From Eledone cirrhosa (taxonomy: Eukaryota), in contig OZ024743.1 in NCBI GenBank assembly GCA_964016885.1, positions 175,770,001 to 175,834,000 on the forward strand: a stretch of 64,000 bases of DNA, given 5' to 3'. The translations under genes and the position numbers were made by a program. The notes beneath the pieces were generated by a model that worked only from the letters and a program-made list of their open reading frames with translations, made no database searches and had not been told where the DNA came from. This document shows positions 37,613-51,100 of this stretch, one piece after another. Numbering within the stretch: the stretch's first letter is position 1; each line of letters begins with the position of its first letter.

Positions 37613-38219
37613 TGTCAGGTCACCAGTTGGTGCTACTGGTTACATGTATCCCAGTACAACCTGTCCCATGGTCGGGTCGTTGGCGACTAAACTGGCAACC
37701 CCACCAAGGTTTCTTGGTGAGGAGGGTGACTTTGGACATCCTGCAGGACTAAAAACAAAACCTGTCAAAGGGCAAAGGAGCTCTTAAGAGTCAATGGCCA
37801 TCTAAAATCACTGGGAGAGATGACCCCTTAGCCTTTGTCAAGGCAGAATTCTAGGAGAAGGTAAACTCTGATATAACACCTGCAACTCTGATGGTATCCA
37901 ATGATGTTGGCTTGTTCTTCTTTTTGGTAAATATCATCTTGGTTAAGAGAGTGGGACTGGGTTTGTGCAGTGCCTTTGCTCACTATAAAAGCTTCACGGC
38001 ACAGGCATTGCTTTATATCTGGAGATCTCTCTGCACTTGTCATCACATGGTACCATGGGCCCAGCACTATGTGTCAATAATTGTCACAAGTGTAGTGTTT
38101 GTACCAGAGTTTTCAAGTCGCTGGCTGGACTAAAAAGTCACACTCGTTCAGCGCATCGGTAGGGGTTCTCCTACATGGATATAAAGTAGTGGCCGTACTC
38201 GAAAACGAGTTGGCAGCCA

Positions 38220-38223
<4 letters not shown>
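37613..38223 (+). mobile_element. Non-autonomous bipartite RTE derivative (full 5' end)
   Basis: Starts GTCAGGTCACC. Highly similar to adjacent copy. Confidence 0.85.
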
Positions 38224-38308
<85 letters not shown>

Positions 38309-39015
38309 GTTATAGCGTAATACTTCACTATTTTCATTGGTAAGATGAGATAAGCTCGATGTACTTTACCGTCCTTTGTTCTTCAGGAGTGAAAATAAAC
38401 TAGATTGATTAAAAGCAGGGCAGGTAGCAAAGCATTTAAACATTGAAATGTTAAGAAAGTCAAGGATAGGATATTATTATTTATTCATACAACTCTACGA
38501 AGCTTTCAAAGCTCCTAGAATATCGCATGCATTTGTGGAGATTATTAATTAACAATTAACTCCATTATGGGTCCTTTATGCCAACTCTTCAGGAAATATA
38601 TATATAATAAATAATAATAAATTAATATCATAAGACAAAGAAGTGGTCAAAGAAAAAGAGGGACAGAAAGCTTTAAAGAGTGGACAGGTAAATCATTATC
38701 AGAGGCATGTGACCTGGCACGCAACCACGACATGTGGAGAAGACTGGTGCACAGAAAGTCACAATAACGCTCATATGATTCCATCAAGAATCATTGGTTT
38801 ACGATACAATATGTTGCTGCATCATTTATTCAGTGTGGTGAAATTTGTGATTTGAAAGACACCTGTGAATAAATTAACTGCTTGTAGCAAGTAAGGGGTG
38901 CATTTCATGAACACACGTCACTCGATTCACACTCTGCTGACCTAAAAAAGGGATGACGCATTGGATCGTGTAGTCCAAGACATAAAAAAGGTAAGGGATG
39001 GTCATACCTGGAACG

Positions 39016-39230
39016 TTATTTTATTGTAAGTCTGTTCAATAAGAGCGGACCAACGGCATCCGTCACAAATTTAATGTTAGATTTGATGTCAAGTGGAACG
39101 AGGCGGAAACGGCGGAGTCTACATCTCTGTATCTCAGTGGACCCCGCTGACAAAATGGCAAAAGTATCGTCGTGGAGAACAGCCAGACATAACCTCAGCT
39201 TCAGCCACTCCACCTCACCATTGATTCATG
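39016..39230 (-). pseudogene. Possible degenerate Penelope-like RT fragment
   Basis: WLKLRLCLAVLHDDTFAIL...DIKSNIKFVT resembles the PLE RT motifs RYVDDTFAI and NIKFT. Confidence 0.4.
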
Positions 39231-40773
39231 TTATGAACTTGGCTCTCATGTGTCATAGATCCTCATTCAATTCTGATAATATTAATGGCAAAAGGAAGAA
39301 ATTGCCTTCTAGCTGTTTATGACAACAATGGTATCTATATCTCATATCCTTATATTGCTTCTAGCTTCACTCTTTTGAAAGATCAACAGGACACAATATA
39401 TTCGCTGAAATTGTTGAGAACAGCTTGACAAGTTTATTGAAAAACAAAACGTGTCATGAACTAACATTACATTCGTTGAACCCCACGTCAAGCTTGATCG
39501 AGTAGTTCTATAGCCAAAATATTTCACCTATGACCTTATCGTATTTTCTAGGTTTAATATAGGCAGATGTTTGACAGAGTCGTTAAAGCAGTGTATATAT
39601 TGTGATGTGATATTTGTTGCGGTCTCTGCACTCCGGGTTCATTTCCTGCCGAGGTTTACTTTGACTTTTCTCCTTTCCGAGTCAATAATAAAAGTAATAG
39701 CTCAATGAGGATGCAGCTCTCTCTCTTAGTTGTTACGTCCTAGATCAAGTGTTTAGAAGGTCGAGGTGCTTTTTATGGTTTGTATCTATTTGCGATTACA
39801 AAGGCATTACATGTAAAACGCATTTTCTGTAGCTGAGTTGTAGAGTAGTACATTAGAGTAACTTGAAATAAAATGTATTGATCAAGGAACACAAAGCACG
39901 TCAGGGAATCAAACCCACGATGAGATCGACTATATAAACTATGTAATCGTGAAACGAACACTCCTAACCATTAAGCTATACGCCTCCACACGAAAAACCA
40001 CAAAAATGCAATACAACCATTTGAGAATACTATTGAATATACAGCAAGAAGAGCGCTACTGCCATCTCTATGTCACACTGTACATGTGATGTAAAATAGG
40101 ATTATGTCACCATAATTAATTTGCTACTTAGCTTATCATACGTAGCTTATGTGAAAGGAAAAGAAAAGGAACTCCATATAACAGCAACGAATATTTTCAA
40201 AATGGTTTCTTTTATAGATATTTTATTCTTATCGTTTAAAACACTGACGCAAATCACGCATATATATATATGTATATATTTATATTTACCAACACACACA
40301 CACTCACACACGCGCGCGCGCTGGCACACACACACACACACACACACACATATGTATATATATATATATATATATAACACTGGCATACACGTATAAAATA
40401 CATATACACACGCACACACGCACACACGCACACATGCACACACGCCCCCCCCCATATATATATATATATCCGCCAACACACTCAACACACATATAACTAA
40501 ACACACACATAACACATATACCATACACCACACATACATACATACATACACACATACACACATACACACATATACACATATACACATACACACATACACC
40601 CACATACTACATACACACACATGCACACACTAATACACACATACACACAGTAGATTTACGTCAAACTAAATCAGTTTGTATTCAATCTCTATGATAAAGA
40701 GTTTATCTCTTTAAAGCTAATTATTTCTGTGATAGCCCCTCCCCCCACACACACATACACACATACAGAGACT

Positions 40774-40821
<48 letters not shown>

Positions 40822-40865
40822 CATATATATTTTCATACATACGTATACATAAGTGCATACATACA

Positions 40866-41050
40866 TAATTGTTTCTACTTTAGGCACAAGGCCAGCAATT
40901 ACCCAGTACATTACTGGTACTTTATTTTATCGACCCCGTAAGTATGAAAGGCAAAGTCAACCTCGGCGGGTTTTGAACTCAGACCGTAAAGGGACGTAAC
41001 TGTGCTGGAAAGCATGGCGTCCGACCCTCTACCGATACTGTCAATCCACA
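40866..41050 (-). mobile_element. Deu/Nin-domain tRNA-SINE
   Basis: Near-identical to 44318-44503. Confidence 0.8.
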
Positions 41051-41077
41051 GTGCATACATACATAATACATATATAC

Positions 41078-41316
41078 ATAACTGCATGTACACATGTACA
41101 GATACAAAGCAAATGCACACGCACACATATAACTCAAAACATACACATCCACACATACAATAACATACGTACCTGCACACACACACGCACGGATGCGGAC
41201 ATGCATACACATCTACCTAGTTGATGTTGTCTAAATCGCAATGAGAAAGTCTTGTGTCTCTTAGAAACCGTTTCTCTCTCCCTCTCTCTCCCTCTCCCTC
41301 TCTCTCTTTCTCTCTC

Positions 41317-41354
<38 letters not shown>

Positions 41355-41390
41355 GGTAAACATTTATAACATTATAAACCCAGAACGTAC
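41078..41390 (+). mobile_element. 3' UTR fragment of an R4/Dong family B relative
   Basis: Reverse-complement similarity to 24924-25150, including ATGAGAAAGTCTTGTGTC..GAAACCG and TATTGGTAAA..CCAGAA. Confidence 0.65.
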
Positions 41391-41400
41391 ATACGTAGAT

Positions 41401-41944
41401 ACAGACAGACAGACATACATGTATACCTACATGTATGCATGCATACATGTAGGTATACATACATACAGACAGACATACATGTATACCTACATGTATGCAT
41501 GCATACATGTAGGTATACATACAGACAGACAGACATACATGTATACCTACATGTATGCATGCATACATGTAGGTATACATACAGACAGACAGACATACAT
41601 GTATACCTACATGTATGCATGCATACATGTAGGTATACATACAGACAGACAGACATACATGTATACCTACATGTATGCATGCATACATGTAGGTATACAG
41701 ACAGACAGACAGACATACGTGTATACCTACATGTATGCATGCATACATGTAGGTATACAGACAGACAGACAGACAGACATGTATACCTACATGTATGCAT
41801 GCATACATGTAGGTATACAGACAGACAGACAGACAGACATGTATACCTACATGTATGCATGCATACATGTAGGTATACAGACAGACAGACAGACAGACAG
41901 ACATGTATACCTACATGTATGCATGCATACATGTAGGTATACAT
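41401..41944. repeat. 60-bp minisatellite x9, each unit carrying a ~42-bp palindrome
   Basis: ATGTATACCTACATGTATGCA|TGCATACATGTAGGTATACAT separated by (CAGA)n spacers. Confidence 0.95.
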
Positions 41945-42450
41945 GATGGCTGCAAACTCTGTTAAGAGTATTGCAATCGCTTGTCAGATTATAGAGTTTG
42001 GTGCACTTTTAGGCCACGGCCAGCCACACAAACCTGTAACATATCCTGAACAAGCAATGCCTGTTCAGTGGGGAAAGGCCTTGCACTCGACCAATCCCAC
42101 TCTCTGAACATCGAAAACACTACCCGAAAAGAGGACTGGTCGACATCATCGGATGCTTCCGAAGTAGCAGGTTTTATTTTCAGAATTTCCCTCTCTTAGA
42201 AAGGTGTTGTGACAACAACTGCGGGCCTTTCACTCCCAGGTGGAACAAAAGGACTATTTGGATGGGCGTTGACTCTACTGAGTTCCTCCGCCCTTTGCCG
42301 GGTCTTGTATTTCATCCCGCAGGGTCTCCGAATATCACCATCCTCACCAAGCTAGCTTGGTGGGGTTGTCGGTTTAGTTGCCGACGACCCGACCATGAGA
42401 CAGGTTGTACTGGGTTACATGTTACCAGTAGCACTCGAGAGCGACCTGAC
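41943..42450 (-). mobile_element. Non-autonomous RTE derivative (another subfamily)
   Basis: Minus strand starts GTCAGGTCGC..CCCAGTACAACCTGTCTCATGGTCGGG and ends CTCTTAACAGAGTTTGCAGCCATCATGTA. Confidence 0.8.
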
Positions 42451-42478
42451 GCACACACATACATACACACATACATAC

Positions 42479-42509
<31 letters not shown>

Positions 42510-42787
42510 CATACATACATACATACATACATACACGCGCTCACAGTAACTCTGTTGGCTGCCTGCTCCTAATTTTAACCTGTAAATAGCTGAACATTTC
42601 ACATTCATCCTTAACGCACTTCTCAGTGTGAATCGGTGTGACTCAGTGTATGATATAGCCGTAATTTCGAACTGCAGGTAGATCTCATTATACCCCAGCT
42701 GAGTCGACTGGGGAAATGTCAAATAAAATGTCATGTTCAAGGATTCAGGACACTTCCCAGTAAGAAAATCAAACCCATAACCTAATC

Positions 42788-43357
42788 CAGGGCCGGATAT
42801 AATGGGGGGAGGGGAGGTGACAAAGGGGTTGATTGTTCCGGGCCCAAGCCAGCGATGGCTGTGGCAATTTCTGCTGGAGTTTTAGTTAATCCCTTTGATA
42901 ACGAGAACTATATTTTTAACAAAAAGTATTTAATGTCCTTTCTGTAGCAAAATGCATCAAATTTTGTCAACTTTAGAGACATCAAATTAATATCAGAAAA
43001 ATATTTTTTGATATCGTAAAAACAAGGTATCCAGTAACCACTCTAAAGTGGTTATGTTAGGAAGGGTATCCATCCATAGAAACCATGTCAAATACGTAAT
43101 GTATGAGCAAGATGAGGTCGTTCCGGCCGATATGTCGTGTCTCGGATTGTGACAACCCGTCCAACACATGCCAGTGTGGAAAGGGAACGTAAAATGATTT
43201 TCACACCTGTATGTATGACTTTTCAATTCCAATTACCTGCACCAAACTAACTTTAATGTGTGAAATTTGACATTTGCTAAGTATGGTAATTTTTTGTGTA
43301 TGAGGACACCCCCAACACTAAGTGCTTTGAACTCCCCGAAGTCTAAATCTGTACCTG
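42788..43357. mobile_element. hAT-type MITE inserted into a SINE head
   Basis: Imperfect TIRs CAGGGCCGGATATA / TAAATCTGTACCTG. 8-bp TSD ACCTAATC (42780-42787) / ACCTAACC (43358-43365). Confidence 0.65.
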
Positions 43358-43796
43358 ACCTAACCATTGTAAGCTAAATACTCTGAGGCCTAAGCCGTGT
43401 GTTACAGGAATGTATGTTGAAACTCCATCAGTTCCGAAGAGGAGTGTATCAGTTGTTTTAACTACAGAAGACGCCGACCGGTCCGTGAGCCGAACTCACC
43501 ACCTAACGGGGACCGAACACACTAACTGCTGAACCACATGCCTTACTAAATATGTGTCGGATATCCGTCGTTACTGAGACGAGCATGGCAGATGTTCAAG
43601 CTAGAGAGCGCGCCGAACACCCTAACCACTTAATTCACGCTCCATCACATACGCATACACTTATGCACATTCATAGTCATAACACACACTCACGCGCACA
43701 CACAAACAACCACCCCTCACACATATATATATATATAACCTAATGTAACTGTAAAATTTCCTCCTCTGTTTTGTTTGTTTCATTTATTATCTATAT

Positions 43797-44241
<445 letters not shown>

Positions 44242-44317
44242 ATATATATATGAATTTTTTTCGCTCTACATGGCTGAATACAATAAATGTAATCTGAGTT
44301 TTTAGAATATTAATAAT

Positions 44318-44503
44318 TGTTTCTACTTTTGGCACAAGGCCAGTAATTACCCAGTACATTACTGGTACTTTATTTTATCGACCCCCGTAAGGATGAAAGG
44401 CAAATTTAACCTCGGCGGGATTTGAACTCAGACCGTAAAGGGACGTAACTATGCTAGAAAGCATGGCGTCCAACCCTCTACTGATACTGCCAATTCACCA
44501 TTC
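44318..44503 (-). mobile_element. Deu/Nin-domain tRNA-SINE with 13-bp TSD
   Basis: GAATATTAATAAT at 44305-44317 and 44504-44516. An empty paralogous site is at ~44871-44883. Confidence 0.88.
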
Positions 44504-44612
44504 GAATATTAATAATAACATTCGATTCGTTTGCTATTATGCAAAGAAGCCTCATTTTTAAAGCCATTCTAGTAGAATAAACCCTTCATTATTGCTCTTG
44601 TGTTAACAGAAT

Positions 44613-44654
44613 TGCAGACAGTAATGTTTCTGGGTATCACCCTTCATCAGTACA
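44613..44654 (-). ncRNA. Type I hammerhead ribozyme
   Basis: TGTA-CTGATGA-AGGGT GAT ACCCA-GAAA-CA TTAC TG-TC-TGCA. GUC triplet; distal extension TTGGCAGG/TCTGTTAA. Confidence 0.78.
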
Positions 44655-45016
44655 GCTCACTCTTCACCTGCCAACTTTCAGAGCTAGGGAAAATATACGC
44701 TATTTTCTAAAATATACAGTGACTGATCAGCCAGATTTGCATATCAGCAGACTGGCCAGTCAGTTTCCTGAATACGAGTGATAAATGGCCGGCTTTGCCG
44801 CATTGAAATAACATTTAAAAAAATGTTCGCTTTACATGGCTGAATACAATAAATGTAATCTGAGTTTTTCGAATATTAATAATAACATTCGATTCGTTTG
44901 CAATTATGCAAACACGCCTCATTCTTAAAGCCATGTCTGTAGAATGAACCCAGGGATAACTTGAACTGTTTAGGTATATTATCCTTGGTCATGTCAAATA
45001 TTTATAAAACATTTTG

Positions 45017-45078
45017 TATTTTATCTGATGATAGCGTATCAAACTTTTTGGTACCCTTGAAATATATATAATAGAATA
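45017..45078 (+). ncRNA. Type I hammerhead ribozyme
   Basis: TATTTTAT-CTGATGA-TAGCGTATCAAA CTT TTTGGTACCCTT-GAAA-TATATA-TA-ATAGAATA. 8-bp stem I, overlapping AATAAA. Confidence 0.75.
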
Positions 45079-45424
45079 AATATGGTTTTATAAATATAGT
45101 TTCCATTTATTTAATATCATTGAATACTTACACCAGAAAACTGTCGAGTGCTCTGAATCAGTTGTAAACATCTATATTTGTTGGATTTCCAACAAATTAA
45201 ATATCTCTTCTACATATATATATATGTATATACATCCACTTAATCATACAAACATACAGGTGTACACACATAGATAGAATAATTCCTTTGATTTAGGTCC
45301 CCAATGAGCTGTCTATTGTCAATTATCAAGCAAAGCAGATGTTTCATGTCTGATATAGTTTCTTACTTTAGAAATCACTGAATAATGCAGCGTTTAACAG
45401 GTAAGCATAACATATATGTATGTG

Positions 45425-45456
<32 letters not shown>

Positions 45457-45829
45457 TGTATGTATGTATGTATGTATGTATGTATGTATGTATGTATCTT
45501 TGTATGTTTTTATGTATGTATGTGTTTGTGTATGTATGTATCTAAGTATGTATGTGTTTGTGTATGTGTCTATGTATGTATGTTTGTATGTTTGTATGTA
45601 TGTGCTTGTGTATGTATGTATCTATGTATATATGTCTGTATGTTTGAATTTTTGTCTGTCTCTCTGTCTGTATGTATGTATGTATGAATGTATTTATGTA
45701 TATATGTGTTTATGTATGTATGTATGTATGTTTGTATGAATGTATGTTTTTATGTTTGTATATATGTGTTTGTGTATGTATGTATGTATGTTTGTATGAA
45801 TGTATGTTTTTATGTTTGTATGTATGTAT

Positions 45830-47660
45830 TATCTCTTTCTCTTAATTTCGAGTATATTTTTTTGACCGGCCACCTTCCTGGTGGCAAGGTTGTAAAAGAA
45901 AAGAAATTGTGATCCCTTGAATCGCAAGAATGTTTTGCAAATTTTGAAGGTGCCAGCTATCGCAGCCATTTGTAGACTATGAATTAGGGAGCTGCGCTTT
46001 TTGTCCGCAAATCCAAGTTCAGTCATACTTTGGTTCAAGCGGGTTGGTATATAACCCGTAGCTCCAATAATGATGGGTATGAAGCTAAAGGTGTATATTG
46101 GATACTGGATTTGTAAACTCCTCATCAATGGTCCGTAGATGTCCTCCTTCTCCTGTATTTTTCTGACAACGTTTACATCAAGTGGGCAGCTGATCTCCAT
46201 AACAGAACACGTTTTCAATGTTTGGTCCCAAACAACAATATCAGGCCGGTTGTGCTTTAATTTGGTGGCAGTTTTTATTTTCAGGTTCCACCAGTATATT
46301 CTTCCTCGTTTGTTGTAAATTTTGTTTTCCGAAGTGCGTTCCAGATGGTTCTAGCTATCCCATCGTGTCTCATGGGGAGGTAGTAGCGAGATGACATTCT
46401 TTCGCAGCTGGCAACAATGTGGCTTACATCCTCGACCTTTGTTTTACATAGCCTACATTTATTGTCAGCTGCTGGCCCTCCCCTTTTGTGCAGCAGATAT
46501 TTGGTAGGGAGTTCTTGTTCCTGTATTGCATAGAGATATCCTTCAAGGTGTGATGTCATAAACTTGTCGGAACTCCATGCCAGGCTTTTTGAGTGGTTTA
46601 TCCCCTCTATGGTCTGTGTTTTACGTCTCAAGTATCCATGCACAACTTTTTCTGTAAATTGGTCAATTTTTTCATCTTGTTTGAATATTGAATAGGATAT
46701 TCCGATTTCTCTGGGTGAGAGATTTATATCAGATTTTATTCCATATCTCTCCTCCAGATCAGTCGCTATTCTAATGATATTTTTTTTTTCATGCTCATGC
46801 CAACCTTTTTCCTCTGTTGAAGGTGTTGCTTCAGTGTTACTATCCGGGTCTCATATGTTGTTAATATGGATTTTAGACCCCGGCCACCTTCCTTGCGTGA
46901 GAAGTATAGCCTATCCACATCACCATTGATGTTAAAGTTCCCAGTAAGACTGAGAGGTTTGCGAGTTCTAACATCCATCACTTAGTTCTTGCAATGACCA
47001 GTTCAGCAGGACAAATGTTGGCGTTAGAATTGGCACAGCATAAGTATTGTGAGCAATGTATTTGTTGTACGCTGACAATTCTGATGACCATATTTTCTTT
47101 ACTCTTCTGAGGTATTCAGTTCTGGTTCTCTCCTTATTTATGGCTCCATCATATCTGACATTCTCATCCTGTCCAAGATATCTGTAGTTGTCACCTGACT
47201 GTAGAGGTTGTATTGTCATGCCGTTTATCTCTAGATTTCTAGAGGAGGGCACAGCTCTTCCACGTTTTACTGCCAAATATGCACACTTGGACTCACCAAA
47301 TTTCATTTTGATGTCTGTTGACAATTGTGTAATGAGGTCCAATTGTTTCTTGATGTCATTGATATTTGGCCCATACAACTTCAGGTCATCAACAAAGAAA
47401 AGATGGTTGATACTTCTGGATCCACTTCTTTGTCCACCATGTTTCCTGAGTAGGTAAGATAGTGGATTCAGTGAGAGAACGAAGAGTAGCACTGACAAGC
47501 TATCACTCTGAAAGATGCCCTTCTGGTAATGTATCTTATCAGTCTTAACTTGCTCCTTCTCACCTCTAAGGATCAAACTGGTGTACCAGTTCTTGGTCAG
47601 GCGTTCAACAGCAGCTACCAGTGGTTGTGGGACTTTGGCTAACTGTAAAGCCTTAATAAT
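45830..47660 (-). pseudogene. R4/Dong-type family A, 5'-truncated, RT + RLE
   Basis: GIFQSDSLS, HLFFVDDLKLY, YRYLG, CRLC, RHD, EISCP. Confidence 0.92.
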
Positions 47661-47729
47661 ATGTATGTATGTATGAATGTATGTATATATATATACATGT
47701 ATTTATGTATATGTATATATATATGTATG

Positions 47730-47816
<87 letters not shown>

Positions 47817-47845
47817 GTATATATATATATATGTGTATGTATATG

Positions 47846-47878
<33 letters not shown>

Positions 47879-47941
47879 GTAGATATGTATGTATATATAT
47901 ATATGTATGTATATATATATATATATGTATGTATATATATG

Positions 47942-47984
<43 letters not shown>

Positions 47985-48112
47985 GTATATATATATATGT
48001 ATGTATATATATATATATATGTATGTGTGTATATATATATATGTATGTATATGTATATATGTATGTATATATATATATGTATGTATATATATATATGTAT
48101 GTATATATGTAT

Positions 48113-48704
48113 GTAACATGTATCCCAGTACAACCTGTCTCATGGTCGGGTCGTTGGCGACTAAACTGGCAACCCCCACCAAGGTTTCTTGGTGAGGAGG
48201 GTGACTTTGGACATCCTGCAGGACTAAAAACAAAACCTGTCAAAGGGCAAAGGAGCTCTTAAGAGTCAATGGCCATCCAAAATCACCGGGAGAGATGACC
48301 ACTTAGCCTTTGTCAAGGCAGAATTCTAGGAGAAGGAGAAGGAATACTCTGATATAACACCTGCAACCCTGATGGTATCCAATGATGTTGACTTGTTCTT
48401 CTTTTTGGTAAATATCATCTTGGTTAAGAGAGTGGGACTGGCTTTGTGCAGTGCCTTTGCTCACTCTAAAAGCTTCACAGCACAGGCATTGCTTTATATC
48501 TGGAGATCTCTCTGCACTTGTCATCACAGGGTACAATGGGCCCAGCACTATGTGTCAGTAATTGTCACAGGTGTAGTGTTTGTACCAGAGTTTTCAAGTC
48601 GCTGGCTGGACTAAAAAGTCACACTCGTTCAGCGCATCGTTAGGGGTTCTCCTACATAGATATAAAGTAGTGGCCGTACTCGAAAACGAGTTGGCAGCCA
48701 CCAT
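48113..48704 (+). mobile_element. Non-autonomous bipartite RTE derivative
   Basis: Highly similar to 36828-37412; (TATG)n tail. Confidence 0.85.
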
Positions 48705-49344
48705 GTATGTATGAATGTATGTATGTATGTGTTTGTGTATGTATGTATGTATGTATGTATGTATGTATGTATGTATGTATGTATGTATGTATGTATCTAT
48801 GTATGTATGTTTGTATGTATGTATGTATGTATGTATGAATGTATTATGTCTTTGTGTATGTATGTATGCATGTATGTATGTGTGTATGTATCTTATGTAT
48901 GTATGTACGTGGGTATGTATATGTGTGTGTGTACGCCTGTTTCTTTGTATATATACATATGTATATTTGTGTATGTATGTATATGTATGTATGAATGTAT
49001 GTATATATATATATATGTCTGTGTGCCTATGTATGTATGAACGTACGTATGTATATATTTGTATGTATCTAATGTATGTATATACGTACGTTTGTATGTA
49101 GACAATGATTGCCGTTATGATTATGTCGAAGGAGACAGGCTTAACCAAAGTGATTTTCTCTCTATACTGATATTTGAATTTAATTCAGAAACTAGACAAT
49201 ACTGTTCTTTAAAAGTTTCGCCAGTTCTGTCAGAATTGAATTTAATGTTCTACCAAGCTTGGTTAATTTTTCTTTGTAGATTGTTATTCATTCTTCAATT
49301 GTATTTAAACGTTCATGTTTGGAGTATGTCTGTATGTATGTATG

Positions 49345-50310
49345 TCGGGTCACTCTTGAGTCCTACTGGTAACATGTAACACAGTACACCCTGTCGCATG
49401 GTCGGTCTACTAAGCCGGCAACCCCACCAAGTTTACTTGGTGAGGGGGGTGATTTTGGACACCCTGCAGGACAAAAGACAAAACCTGACAAAGGGCGGAA
49501 AAACTTATAAGAGTCAACGCCCATCTACAAGTGTGTAAATATGTATATACGCATGTACATATGTATGTATATGTATATGTATATGTACATGGGTGCATGT
49601 GTATGTATGTGCGCGAGGACATAGAAAAAGTCGGGCTGGACACCCGATCGCGCGGTTAAACCACTGGGAGTGAAGGAACCCTAGCCAAGTCAGGGCATTC
49701 TTCTAGGAGAAGGCAAACTCAGGAAACTGGGATAACTCCGATATAAAACCTGCGGCTCAGTAGTTACCGATGATGTTGATCTTTTCTTCTTTTCGGGTTA
49801 TAGCTACTGTCGCTCAGAGAGTGGGATTGGCTCAGTGCACAGTCTTTCCTCACTTTAAAAAAAATCTTCACGCACAGGCATAGCACGATAACATTAATTA
49901 ATAAGATCTCAACTGAATGGCTGGCTGTAGCCTTGAAAAACAACCAATCAATGATGTCTAAAAACAGTATAAAAGTAAATGGCAATAAGGCCTCGGGAAC
50001 TACATCAGGTGAAAGGGGCCCTAGGGCATCACAAATCGCATACGAGAGAGTTTAAAGAGGTGTCAAGAAAGGCCTTGCTGTTACATTTCCAGACAGCAAA
50101 GGTCCTCCTATGGCGCTGACATGCAGCATCTCTGCAAGACTCTGCCTCAACATAACTGGACTCAAATGTCACCTTCGCAATCGTAAAGTGAAACCAGTGG
50201 TTGACTACTAGGCTGCTGCTGGAGATGATACTCAACATACCTGTCAAGCATGGAAACGACATGCAAAAGTACATGAAGACCAACCTCAGCCGGCTGTTGC
50301 GAGTGAATGT
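49345..50310 (+). mobile_element. Internally deleted RTE copy (complete 5' UTR, ORF start fused to zinc-finger region)
   Basis: 49610-49890 matches 10819-11095. ~50024-50300 matches 14355-14670, so EN and RT are missing. Confidence 0.8.
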
Positions 50311-50319
50311 TTCTATCTA

Positions 50320-50650
50320 GCACCCATCCACCATCTGAGTGAGTTTCTTGGTCAGTATCCAAGTCTCAGACCCGTACAGCAGCACAGATTCCACTACAGC
50401 AATGAAGAGTCGGACTTTTAGGTCTTTACGAGGTCCGACTTCCAGACCGATCTCAAGCTGTGTCACGTCGCCTAGGCTTTTCTCTTCCTCTCAACCACAT
50501 CATCTTCCGTATTCCCAATCTTTGCTCCCAAATACAGGAAGTCCTCAACCAATTCTAGCGGCTTCCCACCTACATTAGTGATCCCCTCTGGCTTCTCAAC
50601 ATTCTCTACCAGATATTTTGTTTTAGTCTCATTCATTCTCAGCCCCTAAA
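50320..50650 (-). pseudogene. LINE fragment of the 6846-7292 family
   Basis: 50320-50420 is the reverse complement of ~6850-6947. Confidence 0.7.
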
Positions 50651-50900
50651 AAGTAAGTGAAGCTTAAAACATTGAAAAACATAAATTGTTGGTGGAGAGC
50701 TGACAATACTTTACCGGCATCACTCGAATAAGGTAATTTAACCCATAAATGGGCCCTAACAGGTACTACTACTCCGAGCCAGAGCAGACCTGGGAGTTAT
50801 GATAACTAAGCGGTAACTCCACATTCCCCACAGCTCCTGAACTCCCGAACTGGAGCCTTGCCACTGGATGTAGTTTAATGTCATACCCAGGACAAATATA

Positions 50901-50984
<84 letters not shown>

Positions 50985-51045
50985 TATATATATATAAAAT
51001 AAAGTTAAATAAAAGTCAAGTGATTAAAATTTAGCTTCGTTTATT

Positions 51046-51100
51046 ACTGCTATATATATTTCAGTGACAGCCATCTTTGGCTGTGACCTCTTCAGGCAGT
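51046..51100 (-). ncRNA. Type I hammerhead ribozyme
   Basis: Reverse complement of 51355-51409. Confidence 0.8.

Noticed and set aside
41254-41946. 230-aa repetitive ORF
   Set aside because: By-product of the 60-bp palindromic minisatellite, open in many frames.
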